Of a stretch of 64,000 bases of DNA, positions 47,682 through 57,477 are shown piece by piece. The translations under genes and the position numbers were made by a program. Every line of letters begins with the position of its first letter. Within the stretch, counting starts at the first letter, position 1. The stretch comes from Patescibacteria group bacterium (GTDB lineage Bacteria > Patescibacteriota > Doudnabacteria > UBA920): assembly GCA_023484515.1 (NCBI GenBank), contig JAMDAY010000028.1, forward strand, positions 2,544-66,543, written 5' to 3'. The notes below the pieces were generated by a model. That model did not search any database and was not told the origin of the DNA. It worked only from the letters and a program-made list of their open reading frames with translations.

Positions 47682-47725
47682 AAAATTATGTTTTAAGCCG
47701 TTAAGGCTATGTTAATTAATTTTGA

Positions 47726-50182
47726 TTATTTATGCGGTTGCGGCCACTTGGAAACCATCAGCATGGGGTCGTTGCCTAGTAATTTTGCCTCATGCATTAT
47801 TGACCACAGCTCTTCTGTAATAAACGGCATAAAGGGGTGCAGGAGCTTTATGGAATTAATAAGCACGTGAAGCAGGAGTTTTTGGGTGCTTTCTTTCAAG
47901 TTTTCGTCGGCCAGTTGTTTTTTGGAAGCTTCAATATAAATGTCCGCGAATTCGTGCCAGACAAACTGGTAAATTTCCTGCGCGGCTTCGTGCAGGCGGA
48001 AGTTTTCGAGATGGTTAGTGGCCGAAATTTTTAGCGCTTCCAGCTTGCCGTTGATTTCCTTGTCCGCATCGGTTGTAGGGGAGGGTCTTGACCCTCCCTC
48101 CTTGGAGGACAGGTCTAGACCTGTCCCTACAGCCGCGCTATCTATATTTGCCAGCACGAACCTTGCAATATTCCACAGTTTGTTGCCAAAGTGCTTCATG
48201 CCTTTTATTTTGTCTTCGGACAAGGGAATGTCGTTGCCAGCCGCAGTAGAGAAGACAAGCGCAAACCGAAGCGCGTCCGTTCCATAGGTGTCAATTACGC
48301 CCAAAGGGTCTATTACGTTGCCTTTGCTTTTGCTCATCTTCTGCCGGTCCTTGTCGCGCACCAGGCCGTGCAAAAAGACACGTTCAAAAGGCGGTTTGCC
48401 AACGCGGTAATAGGAAAACATAATCATTCGCGCGACCCAGAAGAACAAAATATCCCAGGCGGTTTCCATGACTTGGGTCGGATAGTAGTTTTCCAAAGTC
48501 TTGGTGCCATGCTTGGCGTCGTTGGCCATCATAGTGGCATACGGCCATTGGCCGGATGAAAACCAGGTATCGAAAGTATCAGGATCCTGATACCAACCTA
48601 TTTCTTGTGGAGGTTTCTCCCCAATAAACCTTTCGGCTTCTCGTTGTGGTCTTGGAACCTTGTTTTTTTCTATCCAGGAGTCTTCCAAAATTCCTTTTTG
48701 CTTTAGTAAATCAACATAACCTATATACATTTGTATAATTCCGTCTTGGAAAGAAGCCCATGATATATTTTTATCTTTCCACCTACTTTCTTGTTTCAAG
48801 TCCCAGGAAAATTTATTGAATTCTTTTTCATCGGTCAAGCCTAACTTTTTACAGATGACCTCGCTTTTGAAATGAAATGCTTCTTTATCAGAACCCACCT
48901 CAGTTTTATACCAGACCGGGATCGGAATGCCCCACCAGATTTGGCGGGAAATTGGCCAGTCGCGGATGTTTTCCATCCAATGCCGGAAGATTTTTTCAAA
49001 GCGCTCGGTTACAATTTTAACCTCGCCTTTGTCCAAAGCCTGCAAAGCCATATCGCGCAAAGAAGGCCTGTCGTCCTTCAGCGGTTCGGTCATTTTCACG
49101 AACCACTGCGGAATTATTTGCGGCTCTATGAGCGTGCCGCATTTATAGCAAAGCTGGACATTGTGCTTGTAGTTTTCGTCTATATGGTCAACTAAACTTT
49201 TAGCCTTGAGCTTTTCAATAATTTTCGGCCGCGCTTCCAGAATTTTCATTCCCGCAAATTCGCCGGCAATGGGAAGCAACCGTCCGCGATGGTCAATAAT
49301 TTGCTCTTTGTCCAGCTTGAGGCGTTCGGCCATTTCAAAGTCAACCGGGTCATGCCAGGGAGTTATGGTCATTACGCCGGTACCGAATTCCATATCCACC
49401 GCTTTGTCCTTAATTACCGTTGCGGTTATGGGGCCGTTTATCCATTCCAATTCTATTTTTTGCCCGTTTTTGTATTGCCCGTATCTTTTGTCGTCAGGAT
49501 GCATAACCACGTATTTGTCACCGAATTTGGTTTCTGGACGAGAAGTTGAGATAATGAACGGACCATATTTAAGATAGTAGAAAGGTTCTTGCCGTTCTTC
49601 GTATTTAGTTTCCAAATCGGACAGTGCGGTCTGGTGTTTGGGACACCAGTTGCCCAGGCGGTCGCCGCGGTAAATAAGGCCGTCTTTATACATCATTTCA
49701 AACGTTCGGTAAACAACTTTGACAATTTCCGGGTCAAGCGTAAAAATATTGCGGCTCCAGTCGCACGAGGCTCCAAGGCGGCGTATGCTTTCTTCGGTAA
49801 TATGCTTGTTGGCCTGCACGTAATCCCAGCATTCTTTGTAAAATTCGTCGCGTTGCATCTTAAAGCGCGATTTGCCTTCCTTTTCCAGTTTTTTTTCAAA
49901 CACCACTTGGGTTTCAAACCCGGCATGATCGGTTCCGGGCAGCCATAAAGTTTTTTTACCGCGCATCCGGTTAAAACGGATTAAAATATCCTGGATGGTA
50001 AAACCCAAGGCATGGCCGACGTGCGCCGGCGCGTTGGCGTTGGACGGCGGCATAATAATGGCGTAGGGCTCCCGGTTTTCCGCATCGGGAAGATTGTCAG
50101 GATTAAAATACCCCGACTCCAGCCATTTTTGGTAAATTTTGCCTTCCACTGTCGCGTGGTTGTATGCTTTGTCTAGTTCCAT
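47726..50182 (-). CDS. valS: valine--tRNA ligase, carrying an in-frame REP-like insertion
   Basis: PYAIIMPP...HVGHA (HIGH) and KMSKSKGN (KMSKS) motifs are present. The extra segment SKEGGSRPSPTT is encoded by the palindrome at 48074-48131. Confidence 0.8.
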   Translation of the reverse strand: MELDKAYNHATVEGKIYQKWLESGYFNPDNLPDAENREPYAIIMPPSNANAPAHVGHALGFTIQDILIRFNRMRGKKTLWLPGTDHAGFETQVVFEKKLEKEGKSRFKMQRDEFYKECWDYVQANKHITEESIRRLGASCDWSRNIFTLDPEIVKVVYRTFEMMYKDGLIYRGDRLGNWCPKHQTALSDLETKYEERQEPFYYLKYGPFIISTSRPETKFGDKYVVMHPDDKRYGQYKNGQKIELEWINGPITATVIKDKAVDMEFGTGVMTITPWHDPVDFEMAERLKLDKEQIIDHRGRLLPIAGEFAGMKILEARPKIIEKLKAKSLVDHIDENYKHNVQLCYKCGTLIEPQIIPQWFVKMTEPLKDDRPSLRDMALQALDKGEVKIVTERFEKIFRHWMENIRDWPISRQIWWGIPIPVWYKTEVGSDKEAFHFKSEVICKKLGLTDEKEFNKFSWDLKQESRWKDKNISWASFQDGIIQMYIGYVDLLKQKGILEDSWIEKNKVPRPQREAERFIGEKPPQEIGWYQDPDTFDTWFSSGQWPYATMMANDAKHGTKTLENYYPTQVMETAWDILFFWVARMIMFSYYRVGKPPFERVFLHGLVRDKDRQKMSKSKGNVIDPLGVIDTYGTDALRFALVFSTAAGNDIPLSEDKIKGMKHFGNKLWNIARFVLANIDSAAVGTGLDLSSKEGGSRPSPTTDADKEINGKLEALKISATNHLENFRLHEAAQEIYQFVWHEFADIYIEASKKQLADENLKESTQKLLLHVLINSIKLLHPFMPFITEELWSIMHEAKLLGNDPMLMVSKWPQPHK
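48074..48131. repeat. REP-like GTAG-headed palindrome, in frame inside valS
   Basis: tgtaggggagggtcttgaccctccctccttggaggacaggtctagacctgtccctaca. Confidence 0.8.
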
Positions 50183-50186
50183 ATTC

Positions 50187-50275
50187 CGCTGATTTCTCGC
50201 TGATGGTTACGCTGATCTAACGCTGATCAGCGTTAGATCAGCGCTGGTGTTAAAATCAGCGTCCGTTCGGCGGTA
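50187..50275. repeat. seven CGCTGAT/ATCAGCG heptamers, including the perfect palindrome ctaacgctgatcagcgttag, in the valS 5'UTR
   Basis: Read directly from the sequence. Confidence 0.7.
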
Positions 50276-50276
50276 T

Positions 50277-50345
50277 TAAAAATAAAAACACTCCCAAAGA
50301 GTGCTCAAGAGCCTGTCGGGCGACGGGCGGTACCATCTTGATTTA
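50277..50345 (-). promoter_or_regulatory. possible T-box riboswitch core (AAGAUGGUACCGCCCG) plus terminator hairpin in the valS leader
   Basis: The minus-strand RNA reads ...aucaagAUGGUACCGCCcg...gagCACUCuuuggGAGUGuuuuuauuuuu. The T-box consensus is AGGGUGGNACCGCG. Confidence 0.35.
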
Positions 50346-50541
50346 TCTGCTTAGATAATTACCTGGATTTCCAGGCAGATATCTAACCAGATCTTAATTT
50401 AACCGCTTTAACGGGCGGCCTCCGGATGGGTCTAATGGTGCAGTTGCCCAATTATTGAGCTGAGGGCCTCATAAATGAGGCAACTACAGGTTCTTCCATC
50501 GCCTGCCGTTCCGGCGACATCCGGAACATAAGCTTTATAAC

Positions 50542-50570
50542 ATTATACTTATTTTAAAATAGCATGTAAA
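50542..50570 (-). promoter_or_regulatory. sigma70-like promoter TTTACA-17-TATAAT for the valS leader (minus strand)
   Basis: Hexamers read on the reverse complement. Confidence 0.4.
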
Positions 50571-50586
50571 GTGGGAGAGGTAAACC

Positions 50587-51714
50587 TTAAAGCTCCAAGT
50601 TCGGGTCTGCCTTTACAGCCTTGTAGCTTTTTGGTTTATAACCGTTAAACAGCATGAAAGCCGCGGCCATGCCTATTATTTCCGCGTTGTCGCCGGTTAG
50701 GGACAAGGGAGGGGCGAAAAATTTTAAATTGAAGGTTTTAGATTTTAGATTTAAAGATTTTCGGAGCGCAAGGTTTGCCGAAACGCCGCCGGACAGGCTT
50801 ATGGACCTGGCTTTAAATTCATTGGCTGCGCGCAGGGTTTTGGCAGCCAGCACGTCAACCACGGCCTGCTGGAAGGAAGCGCATACATTAGTTTTTAGCT
50901 TATAGCTTTTAGCTGTTGGGGGATTATCGCGTAAATAGTAAAGCACTGCGGTTTTCAGGCCGGCAAACGAAAAGTTGTAATCTTTGGAATTAATCATGGG
51001 CCGCGGGAAATTTATGGCTGCAGGGTTTCCTTTGGCGGCCAATTTGCCAATTTGCGGACCGCCCGGATAAGGGAGGCCTAAAAGTTTTGCCACTTTATCA
51101 AAAGCCTCGCCTGCCGCGTCGTCCACGGTCTGGCCCAGGACTTTGTAATGTTTAATATCTTCCATTAATACTAAAATCGTATGGCCGCCGCTTACGATGA
51201 GGCTGATCATGGGGAAAAAATTAGCTTTTAGCTTATAGCTTTTAGCTGTTAGTCGGCCAAAAGGCGAATAGAGGTGGCCGGACAAATGATTAACCGGAAT
51301 AACAGGTTTGCCCGTAGCCAGCGACAGCGCCTTGGCGAACTCCACGCCTACGATTAGCGAAGGAATAAGGCCAGGACCGGCCGTGACCGCAATATAATCA
51401 ATTTGGCTTAAAACGTCCTCGCCGTTTTTGCAACTCAATTTTTGACGGCCGTCAAAAATTGAGTTGCAGGCGCCGGTTAAAGCTTTTTTTACGACCGGCA
51501 AAATATTTTTCACGTGCGCGCGGGCCGCCGCTTCGGGCACCACGCCGCCCATTTTGCTGTGCAGGCTAATTTGTGATTTTACCACCGAAGACAGGGTTTT
51601 AATCTTGGGGAAGCCCGCTGCAGAGCCTGAATTTTCCAGGCGCAAGACCGCCGCGGCTGTTTCGTCGCAACTGCTTTCTATGGCAAGGATGGTTTTACGG
51701 TTTTGTACGGTCAT
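50587..51714 (-). CDS. tsaD: tRNA N6-adenosine threonylcarbamoyltransferase TsaD, with in-frame lysine-rich repeat insertions
   Basis: ILAIESSCDETAAAV and the HLSGH metal site are present. The repeat ttagcttatagcttttagctgtt occurs twice (50892-50916 and 51220-51244) and encodes TAKSYKLK. Confidence 0.85.
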   Translation of the reverse strand: MTVQNRKTILAIESSCDETAAAVLRLENSGSAAGFPKIKTLSSVVKSQISLHSKMGGVVPEAAARAHVKNILPVVKKALTGACNSIFDGRQKLSCKNGEDVLSQIDYIAVTAGPGLIPSLIVGVEFAKALSLATGKPVIPVNHLSGHLYSPFGRLTAKSYKLKANFFPMISLIVSGGHTILVLMEDIKHYKVLGQTVDDAAGEAFDKVAKLLGLPYPGGPQIGKLAAKGNPAAINFPRPMINSKDYNFSFAGLKTAVLYYLRDNPPTAKSYKLKTNVCASFQQAVVDVLAAKTLRAANEFKARSISLSGGVSANLALRKSLNLKSKTFNLKFFAPPLSLTGDNAEIIGMAAAFMLFNGYKPKSYKAVKADPNLEL

Positions 51715-51730
51715 AAAATGCCTTTAACGT

Positions 51731-52438
51731 TCAGGCGTTTATCCTAAACGGATTAAAATTAGTGCCAATATCATAGGTATCGGAATTCTCCGTAATTTTT
51801 AAATAGCCGATAACCGCGTAAGTCAGGGGAGTGGCTACCACCTCTATCAAAACTTTAAAAACATAGATGGTTGCCATTAAATTTATAACCGCTGGCAGGG
51901 GCATGGTTCCGTAAAAAGCGCAAAGGCCGAAGACCAGGGAGTCAAGCGCCTCGCCGGCAATGGTGGAGCCAATGGTGCGCGTCCATAAATATCTTCCCTT
52001 GGTCCATATTTTCATTTTGGCCAGCACGAACGAATTGGTAAATTCGCCGGCCCAGTAGCCGGCAATGCTGGCTAAGACCAAGCGAGGGACAAAACCCAAA
52101 ATGGTTTCGTAAGCCGCCTGGTTTTGCCAATCCCTAGCAGGAGGCAAGTATTGGACAATGGCGAAAGTAATGGCCATAAGAACTAGGCAGGCAAAGCCAA
52201 GCCAAATGACCCGCCGTGATTTGCGGTAGCCGTAAACTTCGGTCAAAACGTCGCCAAAAATGTAGGAAACGGGGAATAAAATAGTCCCGGCGTCGTAATT
52301 AAACGGACCCAGGCTTGCCACTTTGGCCGAGGCAATGTTGGAAATTATTAAAATTGCCACGAACAGCCCGGTAATCACGTCAAAATATTTTAACCCCTTG
52401 GTCTCTAAATCCATATTGGTTATAATATCAGATTTCAA
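51731..52438 (-). CDS. queuosine-precursor transporter (YhhQ/VUT family)
   Basis: Multi-TM protein. ...FPVSYIFGDVLTEVYGYRKSRRVIWLGF matches the COG1738 pattern. Confidence 0.6.
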   Translation of the reverse strand: MKSDIITNMDLETKGLKYFDVITGLFVAILIISNIASAKVASLGPFNYDAGTILFPVSYIFGDVLTEVYGYRKSRRVIWLGFACLVLMAITFAIVQYLPPARDWQNQAAYETILGFVPRLVLASIAGYWAGEFTNSFVLAKMKIWTKGRYLWTRTIGSTIAGEALDSLVFGLCAFYGTMPLPAVINLMATIYVFKVLIEVVATPLTYAVIGYLKITENSDTYDIGTNFNPFRINA

Positions 52439-52620
52439 GCAGGGGAGGAATGGGAGATTTTAAACAGATAAATATTGGTGGGTTTTTCGTCATATATTTA
52501 GGCTTTAAACCAAAGCAGATTTAAGGAGGAAACTGTTTGTCTTGCGCATGGCAGGAACGCCATCCTGTTCGGATTGGAATTTTTGCCAGGTATTTTAAAA
52601 GCAGCGAAGGAGTAGGAAAG

Positions 52621-53169
52621 ATGGCAGTAAGGAAAAATGCAAAAAAGGACGTCCGCGGGCGGTTGTCCAAGACGGACATTATCCGTTCAAATTGGGGCAA
52701 AGACAAGGCGGCAATGCTGGAGGCTTTAAGGAGGCATTATCCCAGCGCAAACATGCATGACGTGCATGCGAACTGGACTCGCGTAAAAAAAGAGATGCTG
52801 CACAAGGCACAGAGCGACAGTTTGGCAAAGGCCAGAGCGGCAAAAAGAGCCAAGGCCGTCGGAGAGCCAGAAAGGACTCTTTCACCCAAAGAGGCAGGAC
52901 CGGCAATCGTTTCCGCAGGACCGGCAGCCAAGGAAATTTTTGCCGTTGCGCCTGCTAAAGCTGTTCCCGCAGAAAAGCGCGATATAGTGTTTCGGATGCG
53001 CGAATTCAAGCAGGACATAGACGGCAATCTGGAAGAAATACGCAAAGAAAAGGAAAGGCTGCAAAAACAGCTTGCCGAGCTGGAAGAACTGGAAGGCATG
53101 CTGCAGCGGGCCAGGCAAGCGGAGTCGGTAAAGGCCGGCAAGTCTGGGGGGGAAGACAAATCTTCCTGA
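52621..53169 (+). CDS. hypothetical Lys/Ala-rich protein with C-terminal coiled coil
   Basis: A GGAGG-like RBS lies upstream of the chosen ATG. Confidence 0.4.
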   Translation: MAVRKNAKKDVRGRLSKTDIIRSNWGKDKAAMLEALRRHYPSANMHDVHANWTRVKKEMLHKAQSDSLAKARAAKRAKAVGEPERTLSPKEAGPAIVSAGPAAKEIFAVAPAKAVPAEKRDIVFRMREFKQDIDGNLEEIRKEKERLQKQLAELEELEGMLQRARQAESVKAGKSGGEDKSS

Positions 53170-53271
53170 TTTTTTCCGGTTGGTCACAAAAACCCTTGTC
53201 GGCTGCCTGACAAAGGCAGTTTGGCAAGGGTTTTTTAAAGCTATTTTTTTGCGAAGCTTATTAAATTTCCA

Positions 53272-53670
53272 TTAGGCGACTTGGGGAATTTCTTCAAATA
53301 TCCGCTTGACGCGATTCGTTAACACGCCCACTGTTACGTCCGCCTTGGTGAAATAGGCTTCTATGCCCTGGCTTTGCGCGCGGTTAATGCTTTCCTGGTC
53401 GGCAAGGTTGCTGACTACCAGGACCGGAATTTTGGCAACTGCCGGGTCAGGATTGGCGCGCAGTTTTTCCAGAATATCAAAGCCGCTAACCTTGGGCAGG
53501 AGCAGGTCTAGAATGATCAAATTCGGCCTTTCTTTTTCTATTTCCCGCAAGGCCTCTTCCCCGTCCTTGGCCGGGAAGGTGGTGTATTGTTTGGTAAATT
53601 GGTCCATTAAAATGCCCCGCAGCATGTCGTCATCTTCTATTATTAGGACTTTTTTATTGTGGTCGTCCAT
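53272..53670 (-). CDS. stand-alone response-regulator receiver domain protein
   Basis: VLIIEDDDMLRG...LIILDLLLP matches the CheY-like fold pattern. Confidence 0.75.
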   Translation of the reverse strand: MDDHNKKVLIIEDDDMLRGILMDQFTKQYTTFPAKDGEEALREIEKERPNLIILDLLLPKVSGFDILEKLRANPDPAVAKIPVLVVSNLADQESINRAQSQGIEAYFTKADVTVGVLTNRVKRIFEEIPQVA

Positions 53671-53781
53671 ATGTTTGGTAGATTATTTGCTGTCTTAATA
53701 ATTATACCACTTTTTTTCCGCTGTCAAAATATTGGGCAAGAGTGGGGATTGACAGATATAGGTATTTGATATATAGTTGAT

Positions 53782-54219
53782 TTGTTAATTATTAATCAAG
53801 TATTTATGGTAACCATAAGCAATAAGTTAAAATTATTAATGAAAGTGGTTAAGGCGGGGACAATAATTTCGCGCAAATTCGGCAGCCAAGGCCTGGGTTT
53901 CGGGGATTTAGCGGTGCTTTACGCCATCAACCAGGCTCCGGAAGGGAAAATCCGCAGGATTGACCTGGCTGACGCGGTAGGGCTTACCCCTTCCGGCGTG
54001 ACCAGGATGCTTATTCCTTTGGAGAAAATCGGCGTAATAAAAAGGGAAGCGCACGAACGCGATGCCCGCGCCAGTTACGTGGCCATGACCGAATCAGGCC
54101 GGGAAATGTTCCAGAACGCCCTAAGGCACATAGACGACAAATGCGGCGATTTGCTGTTAAACGAACCGGAAAAAAAGCTAAAAGACGCGGCCTTGCTTTT
54201 GGACAAAATTTCCCAGTAA
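53782..54219 (+). CDS. MarR-family transcriptional regulator
   Basis: Winged HTH IRRIDLADAVGLTPSGVTRMLIPLEKIGVIKREAHERDARASYV. Confidence 0.7.
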   Translation: MLIINQVFMVTISNKLKLLMKVVKAGTIISRKFGSQGLGFGDLAVLYAINQAPEGKIRRIDLADAVGLTPSGVTRMLIPLEKIGVIKREAHERDARASYVAMTESGREMFQNALRHIDDKCGDLLLNEPEKKLKDAALLLDKISQ

Positions 54220-54436
54220 GGGGTCTTTCCAATCTTTATCCCACATAAATTTTCCCTATGCCGGAAGGCGCGCCTTCCGGCATAGGGAAGCATTGCTGTC
54301 TTGCGCAAATTCCGAGGCGTAACTCCCCACAACTCCCCAAAGCCTTGATAAATTAAGGGAAATATGTTAAACTGACAAAGCTGTTGAGGTTGCGGAAATT
54401 TTTAAATTTTAAATTTTCAATCTTTAAATTTATCTT

Positions 54437-54511
54437 GGCGCATTCGTCTAGTGGCTAGGACATCAGGTTTTCAGCCTGAGAACAAGGGTTCGATTCCCTT
54501 ATGCGCTACCA
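54437..54511 (+). tRNA. tRNA-Glu (anticodon UUC), CCA encoded
   Basis: GGCGCAU-UC-GUCUAGUGGCUAGGAC...UCAGGUUUUCAGCCUGA...AAGGGUUCGAUUCCCUU-AUGCGCU-A-CCA. Confidence 0.85.
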
Positions 54512-54666
54512 CGAACATTCAAAGCGCCCGAAAGGGTGTTTTTGATTTGGTTTTATTGGTGCAAAATAAGTTTTCCAAAATTTTGGTATGATGGAAGTAC
54601 TTATCAAATAAGCGTATAATTAAAGTAAATTAGTTTTCAATCATCTTTGGTATCCAACATCACAAC

Positions 54667-55533
54667 ATGACCCACAAAACTCCACTTGATAATTTAATAA
54701 GACAAATCCATTTTGATATATGGTCAAATCATAAAAGTGATGAACGTTTAGTATTTTGTAATGAACAACTTCGTTCTTTAAAAGTAACTTATAATCTGAT
54801 GAGGCAGTTTGATTTCAGTAGGGTCAAAGAAAAGATCAGAAATGAAGGTAAAAATACCCTATTAGTTAAAATGAATGATCTAGCGGATCAAAAAATAGTA
54901 TCGGCCTATTTAGGATTTTACTTTTTTGTAATGTTACTGAAAAAGTTTGCTGACAATTTAGATAAAAGGAAAATTGTAAGTTTGGATGAATTTCCAAATT
55001 ATCTTTTTGTTAAACTGTTTAGAAATAAAGTAACTCAACATTGGGATGAATACACAAAAACTATGGGTCTTGGCAGATTAGCCCATCTTTCCGAGTGTCC
55101 CATATCAGTTCCCCTTATACATGAAATAACTATTTCTGCGGAACGCATAAAATTTTTAGTAAATAAAATAATAGAAACCTTTCAATCTTATGGTATTTCA
55201 ATAAGTAAAGATAAATTTCCATCAGAACCAGGTATAAAGCATTTTCTTTTCATTTCAAAATCTAATTATCATAGCACTTTATACACTTCTTTAAGTATAT
55301 TAGCTATGAAAAATAAAGGTAAAATACCAGATTCAATTACAGAATCTTTATTTGAATTGGGTTTCCCTTTACCCATGGCTAATGTAGATGAATATTTAGA
55401 AATTTTGGCACAATTATTAGAAGGTAAATTAAAATCATTAGGATCACTTAGTGACAAAATCAATACCAGAAAAGCAATTTACCATCATGGTTTCCTTGGT
55501 TTTTACAAATCAGATGGTGATATAGTCGTATAG
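54667..55533 (+). CDS. AT-rich orphan protein (288 aa), island cargo next to the tRNA
   Basis: About 30% GC against ~48% in the surroundings. No motif recognised. Confidence 0.5.
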   Translation: MTHKTPLDNLIRQIHFDIWSNHKSDERLVFCNEQLRSLKVTYNLMRQFDFSRVKEKIRNEGKNTLLVKMNDLADQKIVSAYLGFYFFVMLLKKFADNLDKRKIVSLDEFPNYLFVKLFRNKVTQHWDEYTKTMGLGRLAHLSECPISVPLIHEITISAERIKFLVNKIIETFQSYGISISKDKFPSEPGIKHFLFISKSNYHSTLYTSLSILAMKNKGKIPDSITESLFELGFPLPMANVDEYLEILAQLLEGKLKSLGSLSDKINTRKAIYHHGFLGFYKSDGDIVV

Positions 55534-55808
55534 TTCTTTTACTAACACTAAATAAGTTTTCCAGTCATTCAGACGACCTCTACCACGAGTTTCCGTTATC
55601 GAGGGATGCTGAAGCCTCAAGTTGCTTAGAAAAGTTTTAGACACTGATGCTTAAAAAAATAAATTTGATAGTGTGAACTCGCAAAATCACGACTTAAAAT
55701 AGGTCGTGATTTTGTATTAAAACAAAAAAGCGTACATCCCGGGCAATGTTTCCAGGCGGACGCTTTTTGCTTTTTGCTAAGATTTTCCCTCCTTGATTAT
55801 AAACGTGT

Positions 55809-56033
55809 TTACTGCACCTTGAGCTTTTGCTGTTCCCAAGCCTCAAAGAACAATATGATACAGCCGACGGAAACCTTGCTGCTACTGCCTAACTCAGGTC
55901 CGTCGAGTTCATCCAGAACTGCTCGCCGTACGCCAGGGTCAAGATACATCCGCTCCGTAACCTGGTTAGGCTGCAGATTATGGTGTTTGGCAACCACGAG
56001 AATCACTTTTTCTCGTATGGTTTCTCTTTGCAT
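55809..56033 (-). CDS. small hypothetical protein (weak carrier-protein-like helical pattern)
   Basis: Lies 5 nt downstream of the DUF62 gene on the same strand. Confidence 0.3.
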   Translation of the reverse strand: MQRETIREKVILVVAKHHNLQPNQVTERMYLDPGVRRAVLDELDGPELGSSSKVSVGCIILFFEAWEQQKLKVQ

Positions 56034-56038
56034 TTCCG

Positions 56039-56917
56039 TTACTCCTCTATGACAACCTTGGCTCCGATCGGCGGGTAGCCAAATAAAGCCTGGGCGCTGG
56101 AACCAACGACAACCAGATAGTGAACCGGCTGACCGTTAAGCTTGAGGCTACCTGTGGTAAGCGTAGGTTCTCCGGTCTGGCCGGCGAAAATACCGTCAAC
56201 GTGACGAAGCCGGGCAATCTTTTCGCCGACGCGAAACACGCGATATTCGCCAAGGGCAGGAACCCACCCCTCAGATCCGATTGAAACGACGTAGAGGTTT
56301 CCGTGTTCATCCCAATCGGCGACGAAAATTCCCTGTTCCGGCTCGGGAACTATTAACGGTTTGGTCGTAAGTTCGATATTTTTATGATCCCGCGCGCCCA
56401 GAACTTTGGCTAGCGTCGGCACCATGACTTCCATTGAGCGGAAAGGCGTGGTCATTCCGGAAGTATCGGTGACCAAATAGGACTCGCGAATGCGTGACTG
56501 AATGAAGTAAAAATTCAAGCCCGCATTCGGACCGACTACCCACACATTATTGTCGAGCAGTAATGCGTAAATTTCTTCCCCTTCGCCTTTGCGGCCATCT
56601 CCCCTCAATTTTTTTCCGTTTTCGGTGCCATGTCTAGGCGCGGCATTGTCGAGGATGCCGATTTTCTCGTCAATGGTGAAGAACGGAGCATCGTCCCTCT
56701 CTTCAATGGGACCGAAATGGTCGATTGTGGAGAGTGCATGGGCTGCGGTGGTGAACCCTGCATGCAAAGTGTTCATACTTTGAGTTCCGAAAAAAGTCAA
56801 TTGTGGCTCTTTCGGCCAAAAACTGCGCCGGGCAGCGATTTCGTAACGGCCGCGATCGCTTCCGCCGCAGTCCGTTACCAAAACCAAATGAAAGCTTCTT
56901 AGAATGTTTTTCGACAT
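56039..56917 (-). CDS. SAM hydroxide adenosyltransferase / fluorinase-chlorinase family (DUF62) protein
   Basis: N-terminus LVLVTDCGGSDRGRY follows the family L(V/T)DFG..D pattern. The PEPEQ segment resembles fluorinase PEQPEP. About 290 aa. Confidence 0.5.
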   Translation of the reverse strand: MSKNILRSFHLVLVTDCGGSDRGRYEIAARRSFWPKEPQLTFFGTQSMNTLHAGFTTAAHALSTIDHFGPIEERDDAPFFTIDEKIGILDNAAPRHGTENGKKLRGDGRKGEGEEIYALLLDNNVWVVGPNAGLNFYFIQSRIRESYLVTDTSGMTTPFRSMEVMVPTLAKVLGARDHKNIELTTKPLIVPEPEQGIFVADWDEHGNLYVVSIGSEGWVPALGEYRVFRVGEKIARLRHVDGIFAGQTGEPTLTTGSLKLNGQPVHYLVVVGSSAQALFGYPPIGAKVVIEE

Positions 56918-57147
56918 TGGGTCCTCCTGTTATTTTTGTTCTGCGTTAGTTCGCATGGCTGGCGGGATTGCCAGAACCACGACCTCCGCACAAAACAAAG
57001 CCGCCTCAATCTTTTCGTGAAAGAGGCGGTGTCAGGAATGAATATTATCATACCCAAGACGGCCGCTTCCACAGAGGCTCGGCCATCATCATATTTATAT
57101 TTTTTGGAATAAATTGCATAAATATCTATTACAGGCTGTAAATAAAA

Positions 57148-57477
57148 TTAATCTCCTTTGCTGTCTAAAACCTTTGGTTCAAACATTAAAACGTATGCTC
57201 CTTTTTCGCTTTTTGGACAATGCCTGACACCCTTTGGGACAACCGCCATTTTACCCTCTTGTAAGATTATAGCGGGTTGATTTTCTAACTGTATAACAAT
57301 AGTGCCTTTTACCACATAGAAAAATTCATCTTCATCTCTATGTTCGTGCCAATGATATTCTCCTTGCATCAAAGCCAAACGGACTACCTGATTATTAACT
57401 ATTGCGATGTTAATCAGAAACCACGGCTTACCGTTAATTTTTTTGATTTGTTCTTCTAAGTTGACTGGCTCAATCAT
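57148..57477 (-). CDS. cupin-domain protein
   Basis: HWHEHRDEDEFFYVVKG...VPKGVRH is the two-motif cupin signature. Confidence 0.65.
   Translation of the reverse strand: MIEPVNLEEQIKKINGKPWFLINIAIVNNQVVRLALMQGEYHWHEHRDEDEFFYVVKGTIVIQLENQPAIILQEGKMAVVPKGVRHCPKSEKGAYVLMFEPKVLDSKGD

Noticed and set aside
50190-50586. Structured ncRNA (RNase P RNA, tmRNA or 6S) in the 400-bp valS-tsaD spacer
   Set aside because: No conserved blocks of those RNAs were found. The features are better explained as the valS promoter, a T-box-like leader and heptamer repeats.
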